Origin: Ptychomitrium polyphyllum
Taxonomy: Eukaryota
DNA length: 64,000 nucleotides
Direction: 5' to 3'
Assembly: GCA_973851085.1 (NCBI GenBank)
Contig: OZ316775.1
Span: 16,368,001 to 16,432,000, forward strand
In this document: positions 49,336-64,000 of the stretch, piece after piece
Layout: each line of letters opens with the position of its first letter
Numbering within the stretch: the stretch's first letter is position 1
Made by a program: the position numbers and the translations under genes
The notes under the pieces: model-generated
Told to the model about the DNA's origin: nothing
What the model saw: only the letters and a program-made list of their open reading frames with translations
Database searches by the model: none

Positions 49336-52300
49336 GAATGCTATTGTGCAGAACAGGTTATGCTTCATGTTTTTTTGGACATTGTCAATACACGTATACG
49401 AACTTCTTTTATGGAAAGTGAAATGTTCCTTACGATGTTGAATTTTCTCTGCTGTTGCAAGTTGAGGTGAATGTGATTGTCGGCTGAATTGTTCTCCTGA
49501 GGTGATTCTTTATAGGAAGTATTGATTATTAGTGATGTATGGATTATTGATTTGAATTAGGGCAACTGTTAATTGTGTTCTGCTGAATGTTGTCTTGAGC
49601 ACGTTTGCGTAGATCGACTTAGCTTGGATTCAAAGTTTGATGGTATTATATTTGGAAATTTTAACTCTTTACAGACAGAACCAATGGCGTCTTGGGTAGC
49701 GTCTCAAGATATATTACCGAAGGCTATTATGCTCATCTTGTCATGACCGTATTTCTAGACGTGTGATATTGTGACATGAATGTGGGGGCAATTTAGGGTT
49801 TAGGTTTCTGAATTACGTTCCTTCTCGTGAATGGTACTCTTTCGGGTGACTGAGGATGGGATGTAAAGAGGTAAGTTTATAGAACTTCGAGGTGGATGTA
49901 ATGAAATTGGCAGAATGCTATGCTCTTCGCACATGTCCCTTGAGGTTGAATGGTGGTGATCTTATCCAACATGATGTAGTAGCTTGATGAAGCATTTTAA
50001 CGCGCGTATATATCACAGATCAGATGAGAGATGCGAAATCCTTACAACTCCTCTCATCAGGTGCTCTGTGATAGTGAATTCATACTAGGTCAAATGTTCA
50101 TGTAAATTCATTAAAATGAGTCCAGGTTATACATATATTTTTGGTTTTGACGGGGACGTCGTCACGCTGGGTATTGCGCTCGGGAAGTGCAGGGAATGGG
50201 GGGAGCCTAGATTGGTTTGTAGGGTTACTGGTTAGGTTTTTAACTCTGGAGGTTTACCACCCATTTTCGTAATACGGGGGTAGTGCTACTGGTCCTGCTT
50301 GATATGGGAATGCCGTTGCGGCATGCGGAGCGCTTTTTCCTGCTTACATTGGAGGTCTACACGTACGATCTTAGGCCTGAAGGATATCATGTTGAGCCCA
50401 TGCTATTCTGTGTCCTTAATGCTTAGCACGTTTCTAGAATCATGATCAACGCAGCAACAGACTATTTGGTCGGAGTAGTATGCGGGAATTCTGACTTTGT
50501 GATTGTACTAGAGCAGTACGAGCATGCAGCGCTAATAACTTGGACCAGTGTTGTGTGGGACACTGTGCTCGGGTGAATTGTTACTTTTTCAAGTGCATTT
50601 GTGTCATGTCCGGGTGGGTCTATATCATAGTGAATTTGTGTGTATATTCTGATTCTCTTTTGTATACAGAACTTTATTACAGGGTGACTGTTGAGAAATC
50701 TAGTGTTATGAGGTTAGGCTGCCTAATATAACCAAAGAGCTGGCCTGGTTTTAAGAGGCACCTGCAATAGGGGTTCTCTGCATTGTTAGCCTGGTACCTT
50801 TCCCTTGGATTCTTCTTGGGAACTTATCCCCAGCATGTTTTCATGATGGTTACCCTCACAATATGTAAAGATAACAACCATTTTCTGTAGTATCAATACC
50901 ATCCAGTGGAGTAGCAAATGCATGGTAGATATCATGTATGTGTGCTTCAAGCCTGCCTATCTGCTCTGCTCTGCACAACCATATTTTGAATGGGCTCTTC
51001 ATTAAAAAACTCTGAGGACATACAAGGAGCACTGTCAAAAATGTGGGATCTACTGTACATAGCTTTGTTTACATTTTGAGTAGACTTTGCCCTGTATACC
51101 CATGTACATGTGTTGTCATGTGTGAGACCTACAGTGAGTTGCATGATCAGCTATTCAGCAGTCTTGGTCTGCTTGGAGCCAGCCAATTCTTGTAGTTATT
51201 AGGACCACATCCATGCAAAAATACCATGGAATGAAATCAGTGTTTCTTTTCCTTTTTTACTTTCCTTTCCAGTACCAGATAAAGCATCTTTGTTGTGAAT
51301 AAAGGTAAAAATACGTATCTTTCTTGAGTTGAAACCAAATTGCATGAGATTGATAAATTGAGTTCGTAAGTCCATCTCCACTGCACACACAAAAATGTAG
51401 GAAAGATTATTTTGTACCAAAATTTTAAATTATATTAAATAACCGAAATGATTTCCAAAGATTTGGACATAGTATGACATAGTATGAGAAAACTATGTCT
51501 CTTATGCAAAGCATCTTAATGTACAGAATTTGAGGAGTATTATCAAAATTTATGGAATTGAAAGGAGCTAATTTGAAAAATATAGATATAAATGATTTGA
51601 TGAGTGAGTTCCATTTAAATCCATAACTTACAATGAAATTTCTCAAATTCTATATGTTAACATATGTGCATAAGGGACATAATTTTATCATATGACGTTT
51701 AAGTTTAGAAAAAAATTGTGCCTATTTTATATTAAAAAATTAAGTAATTTTAGATGAATAAAAAGATCTTTTTACATATTTTGGTGTACTTAGTGAAATT
51801 GGTATGTCAGCACTCAAATTTGAATAGGATAAAATATTTACACTTTTAAATTTGTTAACATATCAAATTAGTTTGTAAGGTTAATATGAATCAAGTAGTT
51901 TGTTTTTTGAAGATTTTTGGTCTGTTCATATGTAGACATGCATGAACATATTAACAAAGCTAAAAGTGGTTTAAATCTGATTTGTCTTCCTTAAATAGAC
52001 CATGAAAATATAAACACACCACCTTATAAAAACCATGGAATAAACATACTTCTTAAATTCTCTTAAATTTTTTCTACAATACTCCTTTAACATATATGCT
52101 TACTTCAAGCCACCACAAGAATTTGACCTTAACAATTGAAAAATAAAGAAAGCTAACATGGTATTTCCAACTCCATTGAAGCACTTTTTATAGTAAAAAG
52201 ACTTCTAAGATTCTACATCATATTCAAAGCAAAAATAACAAATATACACAATACACTTAGATTACTTCTACCATTTACAAAAACAAACAAATACATATAT

Positions 52301-53559
52301 TTACAAATTGCATAAATTTCTTTGTACTTTTTTAACATTTAAATAAAACATTCTTCTTTCAACAACAATCATTTATATAAAATAATTTTTGTTTTCATAA
52401 TACAAATGCTATTAAGTTATAGACAAACTATAATATTATACAAAGTTTGTGTGCACATGTCAACATTGAAGATAATGAACAAGCAAACTAATTTACAAAA
52501 ATGGATTGTAAACTTGGACATAGAAACATCAAACACCTTGGTAACATATAAACACCACATAGTACTAATACCAAAAAAAATTTGATGGTACTCCATGTAT
52601 CAAACACCTGAAAAATAATCCATTCAATTTCTAAACAAACCTATTGCTAAAAATGGAAAAATATATAATTTAGAAATTGTAGCATTCTAATTTCCAAATA
52701 TAAATTACAAACAAAAAAATAAACAACATACTTTCAAATGAATTTTGGAATTATCTAGTTATTATAAATGTGTAAAGAAGATGCTTATTAAAAATCTACA
52801 TGAGGCAATATATGGAACATGCTTGCAAACAACTCTTTTTGGAAGAAATTTCTATTACATGTTTAATATGCAACTCAATGAATTTAAATACATGATTCCA
52901 CATACTATTCTAATGTAAACAACATTAAATTCATATTCTAATAATAATAAATCATAATAAAGTTGTTTGAAAAATTAGAAAACTTTTAGTATTTTAAATG
53001 CATTATATTTATGAATGCAACCCAAAAACCTAAAAAACACAATCCTACTATGGTTACTTTTACATATTTGTAACAATTAAAGATATAATTGCAACAATAG
53101 ATTATAACATCAAAAAGTATTGCCAAAAAATCCAAATCCAAATCTAATAGTACAATTCATTAAATTCACATATTTAAATGATATATTTTCTTCTGAGGCT
53201 ATAAATACGAGTTATTTTTTGATAATATGTTTGTTAAAGGATGGAATGTGGTACTTTTATAATATTTACATATGAAGCTTGAACATCCACACACATCCCT
53301 TCAATAAAGATCTTTAAAAAAACCATTAACATCTATATAACAATCATATTTTTTTATAATGTAATAATGTAATAAAATTTGAGTGATATTTTTTTATTGC
53401 TCAAAGCATAAGTTATTATAGATATAGGAATACAACCAACTTTTTGCTTGTGCCAAGTCAAAACATACTTATATTTGTTTTAACAAGTTTAAAAAGATTA
53501 GAATTTGGACTAGTATATGAAATGAATATTCTCATCAACAAATTGCAAAATTCATGTTT

Positions 53560-53759
53560 NNNNNNNNNNNNNNNNNNNNNNNNNNNNNNNNNNNNNNNNN
53601 NNNNNNNNNNNNNNNNNNNNNNNNNNNNNNNNNNNNNNNNNNNNNNNNNNNNNNNNNNNNNNNNNNNNNNNNNNNNNNNNNNNNNNNNNNNNNNNNNNNN
53701 NNNNNNNNNNNNNNNNNNNNNNNNNNNNNNNNNNNNNNNNNNNNNNNNNNNNNNNNNNN
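53560..53759. other. Assembly gap (200 N)
   Basis: N run. Confidence 0.99.
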
Positions 53760-53849
53760 GGTCTCATTCCAATAACTATAATTGCATTTGAAGGAAATCA
53801 ATTAGTAGCTTTGAATATAATGTAAAATATTGATGTTTTGGGTTTTTAA

Positions 53850-56800
53850 TGTTACAAGAAAAGTAATGAAAAGGCAAGGCTTTATAATTTTGAATATAAA
53901 ATATGATATTTGTAAGGTATATTAGAAGTGTATAACTATAATAGGATACAAAATTATGACTAAGAAGTCTGATTTAAACCACAAAAAATGCGTTGTTGAT
54001 ACTGAAGATCTCTTCAATCTCAACTCACATATACTAGAACCACAAGCTTTGGAAGCTTTTTGATAAGCTTATAATACAATGCTCAATACTCAAGCAACCT
54101 CAGGTTGCTTCTTTAACCAAGGTAATTTCCTTAAAAGCTTCTTTTACCAAAGTTATTTCTTTAAAAAATTCCTTGACCTTCTTAAACCTTTAGAAAACCT
54201 TTTTAGAAGCTTATGTTGTGTACGTCCATGGCATCACCTCTCTTTCTAGCTTTGAGATCACCAAAAAACATGTTGCTATAAGTACTCAAAGTTGTAGAAT
54301 GTTAAAAATTTGTCGTATGATATTTGCAAGTAATTCAATTGCCTTTCACAATTCAAATGATTCATGGGTCCTTGCAACCATTGGTAGTAATTAATATCTA
54401 CCACTTGAGATCAAACATGAAATTCCATATCTTTGTTATTAAAACATCTTCCAAACATTGCTATTGAATAATCTTTATTAATAGGGTCCATTTTAAAGAC
54501 AATCACCAACGACCTATTATTACGCATCCTTTAACCTTTTCTTGGTCTAATTTGTTCTTTAATTCCAAATTGTTGATGTGAGCCACTTTGTTGGAATGAC
54601 ACCATTGGCATGATATTTGCATCCTAACTAACCATATTTAATATACTATATTAACATCAATGAATAAGATAAATTCAAAATACAAATGACTAAATTCTAT
54701 GTCATATATTGAGTTAAAAACTTATGTCATAGATAGGTTCAAATGATGGTTGAGCACTCTCTTTGAGGTCAATGGTACAATTGTAGAAACAATGTTTTGG
54801 TATAGTATCTAAATTTTCTTTTTTGAATACATTTTGGAACTGCTTAAATTTTTCTAAAATGGTTGATAATGAAGCCATTTCTTTGAGCATTGAAGTCACA
54901 TAAACAACAAAAATAATGCCATTTTTTTGTTGCTTTTAGAATTGCTCTAGCTCCAATATAGAAAAGCTTTATGCTCTTGGATTAGTTAAATATATGAGCT
55001 TCCTTTTTAGGCTCCGTAGTTACAGATTTTAGTGTATAAATTCTATTTTATGGGATGCCCAATGTATACGCAAGTTGTATTTTTTGAGCCCAGAGAGCCT
55101 AAGAATAATAGAACTTGATGGAGCTCTAATGATATCAAACACCATTTGACTACTATGGTTATTCAATGTTACTTTTAATAGAATGGTCTCATGAATAATA
55201 TCTTTAGAGGATAAATGTTAGCCAACTATGACTTCTATGTATACAAGCTTGGACTATAAAGTAAGCAGAGGCTTCCAAATCCAATAGAGCAAGGCTTTGA
55301 GATTCTGAATATTTAAATAAATATGTATGATAAAAAATATATATATATGAATTAATAATATACAAAAAAAATTGCTTGCAAAGAAAGAAGATCCAGCTTG
55401 TGGTTCCTATTGTGACTGGACGCCTTCATTTTCTTACAAAGCATTTGGCGCCGTGGTTGTATTTTTCATTTAATATGTACATAGGAGTTTCTCGGGACAA
55501 TTATCAAATTTGTGGCCACATTTTCAAGAATACAAACACAAGACTTGTTCCTCTAACATTTTTTCTTGTATTTAGTAAGGAACTTGAAGAGAATTGCATC
55601 AATATGTATTACCTTTATTCCCAAATTTCCATTGGAGGTGGATGGAGATAAGGCTACCAAGAAGTTGGTATATAGCGGCAGCATAATTAAAGCTGGCTTA
55701 TCTTGCCGACATTGAAATAGATAGCTATCGCACTTTAGAGCTTGGCTAACAACTTCATTAAGTGTATGAGGATCCAACATGGACAATAATAAATCCTTAA
55801 GGTGGTCACAGTAAAACTGATGCATTAAAGCTTCTTCTTCCCAATTAATATTAAATACAAGTTGCTGAAATTTTGTTGCACAGATTGATATTAAATATGG
55901 TCCTTACAAGGCACAAATCTTAGTGGTTGCAAAATGAAGCATATCATGGTCACTAAATGCTTCTACAAATGTGGCTAGGAATGCATCAAAGTTGCTAAAA
56001 ATGATAGAATTCTTCTCAAAAAGTGGTGCAAACAAAGACAATGCTTATTTTTAGAACAATTTTTCTACAAAATCAATGCATGAAGCATTTATAAGATATT
56101 ATTGAGTTTGGAGGAAGGTAACAAGTTGAACTTTGTTAATAAAGCCTCAAATTTTTGAATGAATATCGTCAAACTTCTTTGGAAGATTAATTCTTAGTTC
56201 TTTTGCTATTATCATTGAATTATTGGCTTAAATTTGTGCATCTTTTACTAAAACAAGTCTATGCAATGGAGTACCTAAGATAACTTGGAATAGCAACTAA
56301 AGTGCTTTTAGACCTTGATCATTATGTATGATAGTATAAAGTTCTTAATTTTGCTTAAATAAAATCTTAATTTTGGTTTTTAATGCTTCAAGGGCATTTA
56401 TAATTTAATTTGGCTTCTTTTTAATCTATTATATTGACATTTTTATTTCTTTGTTTGGAAATGAAAAATAAAGAAATAGATAGAGTAAAATAAAAAATAC
56501 CAAAGAAAATTAAGGGACATACAAGTTTAAAGTAGAGTAATCTGCAACCTCTAAAGTGCTACAATGTTTCCAAAAAGAGGGTTAATCCACTCTCTATAAA
56601 GATAGACCAAGCACTGATATTGTTATGTGATAATCTTGACATTGGTACAGACAATGTAATAATAAGGCAAGGCTTCAAAACTTCAAGATATGGAATAAGG
56701 TATTTTCAAGGTTTATTAAAAACAAAGAGTTATAATAGGATACAAAAATGTAATTAAGAATTTTGAGCCAAATTATAATGAATGCATTATCAAGATTAAA

Positions 56801-57009
56801 AATCCTTTTAGCCTCATTACATATATATTAAAACTACAAAATTTGGAAGCTTCTTGAGAAGCTTGCAATACAATGCTTTGTACTCAAGCAACCTCAGATT
56901 GCTTTATTAGAAGCTTCTTTAACCAACGTAATTTCTTTGGAAGCTTTTTTTTCCTTTTTAAACCTTCTAGGTATCTTTTTAGAAGCTTCTAAAATGTACG
57001 CCTTTGACA
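53850..57009 (-). mobile_element. Internally deleted family B gypsy element (LTR-gag-PR-[deletion]-extra ORF-PPT-LTR)
   Basis: LTRs 53850-54233 and ~56644-57009; perfect TSD TTTAA; gag (LLLSMLDPHTLNEVVSQALKCD) and pre-RT segment (YNCTIDLKESAQPSFEPIY) joined directly to the 3' region. Confidence 0.88.
54246..54635 (-). pseudogene. Extra ORF of gypsy family B, copy 3
   Basis: MVS*DANIMPMVSFQQSGSHQQ...NNRSLVIVFKMDP...YYQWLQGPMNHLNCERQLNY; collinear with copies 1 and 2. Confidence 0.6.
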
Positions 57010-58651
57010 TTTAATAAATAATCGATTATTTAAAATACTATTTTTTTAAAAGTCTTTGATGCATTTTCATAAATTTATAATATTGCATGACAAATTTTTA
57101 TTTATTGAATGAAAATATCATATGGATGATCTTTGTGAATGTTCAAAAGATAAATCTAATTAAAATTTAAGCATACATTTAAAGATTAAATATCTTTTCA
57201 AAACAACAAAATAAAATAAAAATAAGATTCAATTAACTTTATTGCATGCTTAAGTTTGAATACAAAAAAAAAACTCAATTAATTGCCAAAAATCAGTGTT
57301 TTTTAATAAACATGTTGTTATGAAAATCACTAATTATGTAATTCTATTGAATTGTTTATATTTTTAAAATAGAATGTTTTGTTGTTTAAAACATAACCAA
57401 TTGATGAATACATATATGATTTTAATTTTTAAACTAGATATTCGTTAAATTTTTATTATGCTTCTATTAATTTAATTGCCATATATAAAGCCTGCTGCAA
57501 ATAAAATTAAAATACATTTAAAAAAGAGATAAATATAAGTTTTTCATTATATAGTAAAAGCATGGATAGTCATATTATTTTGGAAGAAGATCCATGCAAA
57601 ATGTATTATTAGAATTTGATTTGTTATCCTCCATGTCCTCTAGAATGCTTTCATCACCATTTTTTAAGAATTCTAAAATCAAAATTCATCATTTTAAATC
57701 ACCACATACTCAAGACCTTAAGACTACAATAGTATAAAAAATCACCTCCTATCAATACCTTATCACCAAAAACCTTTAGTTTCCTTGCATATTATAAAAT
57801 TCAATTGGTTTTTTTATAAATTCTATACCAGATCATAGACAAGAAAATTACCTAGGCACATATAAAGTTTTTAAAATTTACACTTCACTTCTTTGCCATT
57901 AGAGTTTGCCAAATAATATTATATGATAATTAGCTACCACAATAGGAATTATTTCTCCTTAACAACCAAAAAATTATTAACCATAGCTTCTTGCTTTCAA
58001 ATCAATATCATACAAGTGCACAATACCAATATTCTACAAATTTAATTCCAACTGCAAAGCAAACAAATGATACAAGGTACATACCACCACCATTAAACAT
58101 CTTTTTGACACATATATCTTTATTAGAATGTAATCTAAAAAATTGATACCATTAATAACCATACACAATCCAAATATAATTTGACATAGTTCATATTTTT
58201 AATGAATTTAATATGCACCTAATAACTATTATTGAAACAAAATTATAATGGCAATGGCAATTATATTGGCAAATATTAAATCATCAATATAGAATAGAAC
58301 CTTCAATTTAATCCTATAAAACCAAAAATTTAGGATTTTATATCTTTAATATCAATTTAATCAGGTACTCACATCATTCATTACCAAAGACAATGTTAAA
58401 TTTAATCACCATCTCAATTTAAATGATTTTTTCTACTTTTTAAAGCAAGATAAAATTCAATAGCTTCTTTAATTTTTTTGAGATAAAAATTCAAAATCTA
58501 TTGGCACCATTTTTTTTAAATAAATGACAAGGTAATGGATATGCACATTAAAATAATAAAACAAATAGTGAATAGGCCTTACATTAAACCCAACTTGGAA
58601 CAAGAAATGATTCAATATTTTTCAAAATATTTTATAATGTATATTATTTAG

Positions 58652-59062
58652 TATTTGGATATACAAAATAAGGAATTAGACAAGAACTAATTTTAAGAAT
58701 TAGCCTTCACTAGGCTATTTAATAAAAAGAATTGGTGGAAGAATTAAAAACAAGGCAATATGATGGATAAGCTCCACATCATATATTAGCAAGATTAAGG
58801 TATATTTCATTTTGTCTCCAATCTATACTATGAAATCTATCATTTCTAATATACTTTTGAAGAAGCTTCTTATGAAACTATAAAAATTTTGGAGATCTAC
58901 GGAGCCTTCATTAAAATGTTTTAAGGAAGTAGAAGCTAATGAATTATTTTTGGAAGTTATTAGAAGCTATTAGAAGATTCTATAAACTATTAAAAGATTT
59001 TAGAAGCTATTGAAAATTACTCAAGGTTCTTTAAGACTATTTTTCAACGTGTATCCAAGACA
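58652..59062 (-). mobile_element. Highly degenerate solo LTR related to family A
   Basis: AAGAATTAGC, TTAGCAAGATTAAG, GAAGAAGCTTCTTAT and AAGACTAT..TCCAAGACA occur in the same order as in A LTRs. Confidence 0.6.
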
Positions 59063-62000
59063 ATTGGTATCATAACTTCACTTTATACATGCCCTTTTCT
59101 AAATTGCCATGTCATTTTTCACTTTGCTCCCAGTTCTACTACATATAAAAAATAAATAACTTTTCATGAATTACATATTAAACAGAAAAAAACCTAAAAA
59201 ACCTAAAAAACCTCTTGGCTTTATAATACTTTGAAACTATCACCAAAATATTAATATTAGTAATTATAATCAAATTAAATAATTAACCAAGATTGCTAAT
59301 AGCTTACAAATAATTTTAAGACACACACATATTGTTTTGCCAATACTAGCCAATATTCTAATCAATAACAATTTAGTCTAAGCTTATGGATCCTATCCTC
59401 CTAAACCACTAAACATGAACACACTCCATTTGAAATTATGAAACAAACACACAAGTTAATTTTTTTTTTGATATTTTTAATACATAAATAATTTTCTTAA
59501 ACCTCAAAGAAAAAATTAGTCTTAGTAATATAAAAAGGGATAGAGCTAGATTTGGAATGCATAAATTTATAAAAAAAAGTATGCTTTGAAAAGTACCCAA
59601 ATAACCTACATAAATATCCTCACTCCAAAATTTATGATTTTTTATAAAATTCTCAAATTAATTTATTAGTACATACCAAAATAAACTAATATGCATACTC
59701 ACAAATTATCTAAATGCTTTATACCTCTTCAATATTCAACTTTAACGTTCCAAATTATATACTAATCATCCAAACAAGATAATCTTTGCTTTTATAATAC
59801 AAATGCTACATAATTGTATACACCTTATTATTTTATATAAAATAAGAACTCATGCCAACGTTTAAGCAAGCAAACTAGTAAAATGAGGTTTAATTAAGGA
59901 CATGAAAATATTATACATTCACATAAATATGTCCACTCTACACCATATTATCTATAAAAAGATTGGTGTTGCTTTATGAATAAATAACTGGATGAAATTA
60001 CAATCATATCATTCCAAAGACAATTTCTATCTATGATAAAATGAATTAAAATGAAATGTTGAAAAAAACTATCTAATGACTTTTGGAAAAGATTTGCTAT
60101 TGGTGATGGACAAAAAGACACGACTACTAAAATTCAAGGGCCATGCATTATACAATTTTTTTGGAGAGAGAAGCATATCCTTTTAGTACGCAGCCTATTT
60201 GATTCAAGTATATGGCTACCAGTGATATTTGAATATAGACAACAACACCTTCACGCTTAAAAACAAATAGATACAAAAAATGTTATTTAACATATGAGAT
60301 TTTCCCTGAAAATCCGTTTCGTCCTTTGCAATTTCTATAAACAAAATAATTTCTCATTTTCTCTGGAATCTTTTTTTTAATTAATTTGGTGCTGACCCTG
60401 ATTCTAGCCTACAGTTTAAGAGTTTGGTGAAGTGGTAAAGCCTGTTGAAAGAGGGGAAAACTAAGGTACATTTGTCTTTGATTTTGAAACTCCAAGTAAA
60501 TATATTGGTTCCATCAGCAGACGGCTTGATCAATGTTTCCAGCTCTGAGGATGGCCTTGTCACCACTTTTGCAGCTGGCCACTGGAGGAAGTGGGGCTCA
60601 TCCCTAGAATGGCAGAGTCACTTAGGTTGCATGACTTATAGTCAAGGGCAACAGTACTTTGCAATAAATTAAATGTCACCTTCTCAAGATTGTGATAGGT
60701 GTGCTTCCAAATTGAACTCATTAAGTTAGAGGAATGTGATTAACATAATTCCAACACAATCCATGTCTGGTCAAGATTTTATAGACATCTCTCTTAATTT
60801 GAATTGGAATTGGGCAAATATTATAGTAAGGTTCCTCCTATCCATTGGCTAGGACATGACATACAATTGTTTTGATTGAAGCTGTCAATGTAATTCTCTA
60901 CACCCAATTGGATATGCTCACAGCTGATCCTACAAGAAGGAATTCCCTTAGCAGGATTTGTTAGCCTCCATGGTTATGTGTCCTTGTCCATTGCATCTAG
61001 CATTGGATTTTATATCAATGGTGGGCATACACTGTTTGCCTCTGTTCACACATGAGTTGGTGAATAACTTTTTGCAGCACATACAGTAAGCTGCCTTTTA
61101 ACTATTACTCATTGGGATTTTGTCCAATATGCTTGCCTTATCTGAGTTCATTCTCTTACATTTTGATATCCACACTTAAGAATCGAAACAAGTGTCTGTT
61201 TTCTCTTAAAATTTAGTGTACTTTTTAACCAGAGAAAAATATCCCTGACAATATGGGATGAATGTTCAGCTTGCGTACTCAGCATCGTTGAAGCAACGTG
61301 AGCAATTGACTTGCCTCCAGCCATCATTCACAACATTTAGGCCCACTGGGGGTTTGAAGCCTATTGATCACATGATGATATCAGTCACATCAATTGATAG
61401 TGAGATGTTGTACACATGTCACTTGTTAAACTCTTCTCAGCATCGTGGCATTTCTTTAATTCTAATCTTCATAGCTGGAAATCTGCTGCTGTCAACATGT
61501 GAAAAGTTTGGTGAAGCTAGGTTGACAATCAATGAATTGAAGTAAGCAGCCATTTCATGTCATTCAGTAGTGATAAAATGTCTATGTTACTTTGCTAATG
61601 TGGCAAGAAGAAAAAAAAAATCATAGAAATGTTACAATCAAAGAAGAAAATAATAAAGAAGTAATGACAAAGGTTTTAAATGACCAAAAGAAAATGACAA
61701 AGGTAGATGGTGCTCTGTAAACCTTGTTTGTAAAAATTTTATTGCTGAAATAAAAATGAATAAAAAAATAGCTTTGGTTGATTTACTATGCATACATTTG
61801 GAAGTATGAAACACATACAATCCAAAATTATTCATATTTCGTTAGTGTAAAACTACCAAAAATGTGCATTTAATCAGATACTGCAGTGGCCCAAGCTTAG
61901 GTACAGCCATCATACATGGAGAGCTAAAACAAACATCCATCATTCATCAGCTTGTCCTAAGGAATTCTCATATCTCATTATTCTTTAAAGTGGACTTTTT

Positions 62001-62374
62001 TTTATGGATGTATTTTGTGATACATATTGTAATTGAAAGAGAATGTCTATTTATTTTAAAAAGTAGAATGTGTGTTATTTTCCTTTTTAAGTTTAGTATC
62101 CATAACCATAGTATTTTTCTTTTAACGATTTAAAAAAAATCCTTTTTAAAAATATCCCAAAACATCCTTAGTTTTAATTCATACCTATTGAATCCTTTTT
62201 GTAAAAACCATAAGAAAGTTTTAATGAATTGAACATACCATTAAAATCTCTAATTTTATTGCATAAAGTAAATACGATACTTCATTAAAAGAAAAAGAAA
62301 AATCTGAAATTATTATGTTTATAATAAAAATTTATGTCATGAAAATTAAAATTTTGCAAGTTTGACTACAATAT

Positions 62375-62480
62375 TGGCATTATTACCTATGTGTCACCAG
62401 AATTTCAGCCCTTCTCCATTTAAATACTGGCATTATTAGCTGTGTGTCACCAAAATTTCAGCCCTTCTCCATTTAAATAC
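62375..62480. repeat. 53-bp tandem duplication (2 units)
   Basis: TGGCATTATTA..TGTGTCACCA.AATTTCAGCCCTTCTCCATTTAAATAC twice, about 3 substitutions. Confidence 0.9.
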
Positions 62481-64000
62481 AAACAACAAGAAAATTAGAA
62501 TTAAAACAACCCACATGTAGACTTCTTTAGTTAACCAAGCACATTTTTATTGCTTTTATCATTCATAGATCAAGTAGGATTGTCAAAATCTATCTTATTT
62601 TCTTTTAATTTGATAGAGCCATTTTGGCTTCAAAGTCATGATATGTGCCACTGAGCTGTAACAAAGTAAGCATATTTTGTCTCTCTCTGGATATCATACA
62701 TGGAATTCAGAACCATTTTCAAAGGAATTGCTATCCAAGATGTCAAACCTGAGGTGTAACAGAAGGCTTCCAAGAATGTTATGTAGGTTGGAGCCCGTGG
62801 GCGACTTATTTACAAGCTGATACAGAAAATAAAGGTACAGAGGTGCAGAAGTTGCTGTCCTGGTCATGCATGAAGGAGTGGCTCAACAGAACAGGTAAGG
62901 CATGGATGATGCCAATGCAACCGGAGGGTCACTATGCATGGAAGCTGCAGGCCTTGCTTGCTAATAGTGACTTGCAGGTCTAGAATCCTCAACAGAGGGA
63001 CCACTTCACTCCCATGCCAAACATTTGGTTCTGGCTTTTTAAGTTTTCCTGGAGCACGATCTGTAGTAACTTACCCTCTTCACCTACCAATTGGCTTCCT
63101 TCTTCCCCAGAAAGTTCTTGCAAGGGGTATAAGCTAACCCTCTTGATGTGGCATACCTTGCTGGAGTTTCACATGCAGGTAGTTGGCACAGAATGTGTAG
63201 GGTGAAGTACTTTCTCTTATTGATTCCCACAAATAAGTGTGCCTTGAGGATCTAGCCTGAATGCATGCTTGTTTGTGGAAATGGACAAGGCGAAGTGCTC
63301 CACTTGACTTAATGAATGAGGATTGAGCAACAAGTGGCATTGTATGGTTGGATTACACTGTTACATTAAGTTGTGCATGTTGTAATTAGCATATTACACT
63401 CGGTAAAGTTATGGCTAGTAAACCTCATCTTTTTTCTATGTGCCACAAAATTTGGAGTTGATACACCTATAAATATTCAAAAGGTATGGACCAGATCCTA
63501 GATAAGTTACAATGGATGACTCTTATACTTTTGATGAAGTCTGAACCAAAAAAGAAAATGTAATGATGTGAAAAAATTCTTTGTTTGATCAAACTTTCAA
63601 AAAATGGCTTGGGCCTCCATGGAATAAATGTAAAAGCATTATCTTTAAACATTCACCAAAATTACAAATTTCATTTTTAATAGTTGAATTTTGAACCAAT
63701 TGGCTGAGATCATATATTGTGTTATAAAAAATAAAAATAAAACTTATGAATGACAAAAAAAAATTCAACTTTTTGAGGTAGTTAGTTTTATAATACAATG
63801 ATAACTATGAAACGTTCTAGTTTGAAAAATTCCTTTAGGTAGTGTTTGACATGAATCAATTTGACATGCTTCAAGCTGGGTTAAATAATTGACTGCATTT
63901 CCTATCAAAGTGGCTTTTTATTTCTGAAAAAGCATATTAAAATCTAGCATGCCAAATCTAGCATGATTTTACATAGCACAATGAAAAGTTCCATGCTTGG

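Noticed and set aside
49336..50100. TGATGA/CTGA words downstream of RPL24 as possible C/D snoRNAs
   Set aside because: No convincing box pair with terminal stem or recognisable rRNA antisense element.

Overview
Eukaryotic, intron-rich plant genomic DNA, most likely a moss such as Physcomitrium patens (inferred from gene style and LTR families, not verified by search). Host genes: UTP18 (3 exons, -), a 23-exon CENP-E-like kinesin-7 (-), two mitochondrial F1-ATP synthase delta genes in a near-perfect 3.56-kb inverted repeat (tail-to-tail), and an intronless RPL24 (+). Between them lie decayed, nested LTR retrotransposons: two chromovirus-type Ty3/gypsy families (called A and B here), a truncated Ty1/copia, several solo LTRs and two unclassified TG...CA insertions. 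There are two 200-N gaps, one flanked by a probable unmerged contig overlap. Main observations: (1) both gypsy families carry a homologous ~130-codon extra ORF between pol and the PPT that I do not recognise, hidden by stop codons; (2) two apparent cases of inverted-repeat homogenisation; (3) self-priming PBS and -1 frameshift signals in both gypsy families. All alignments and mismatch counts were done by eye.
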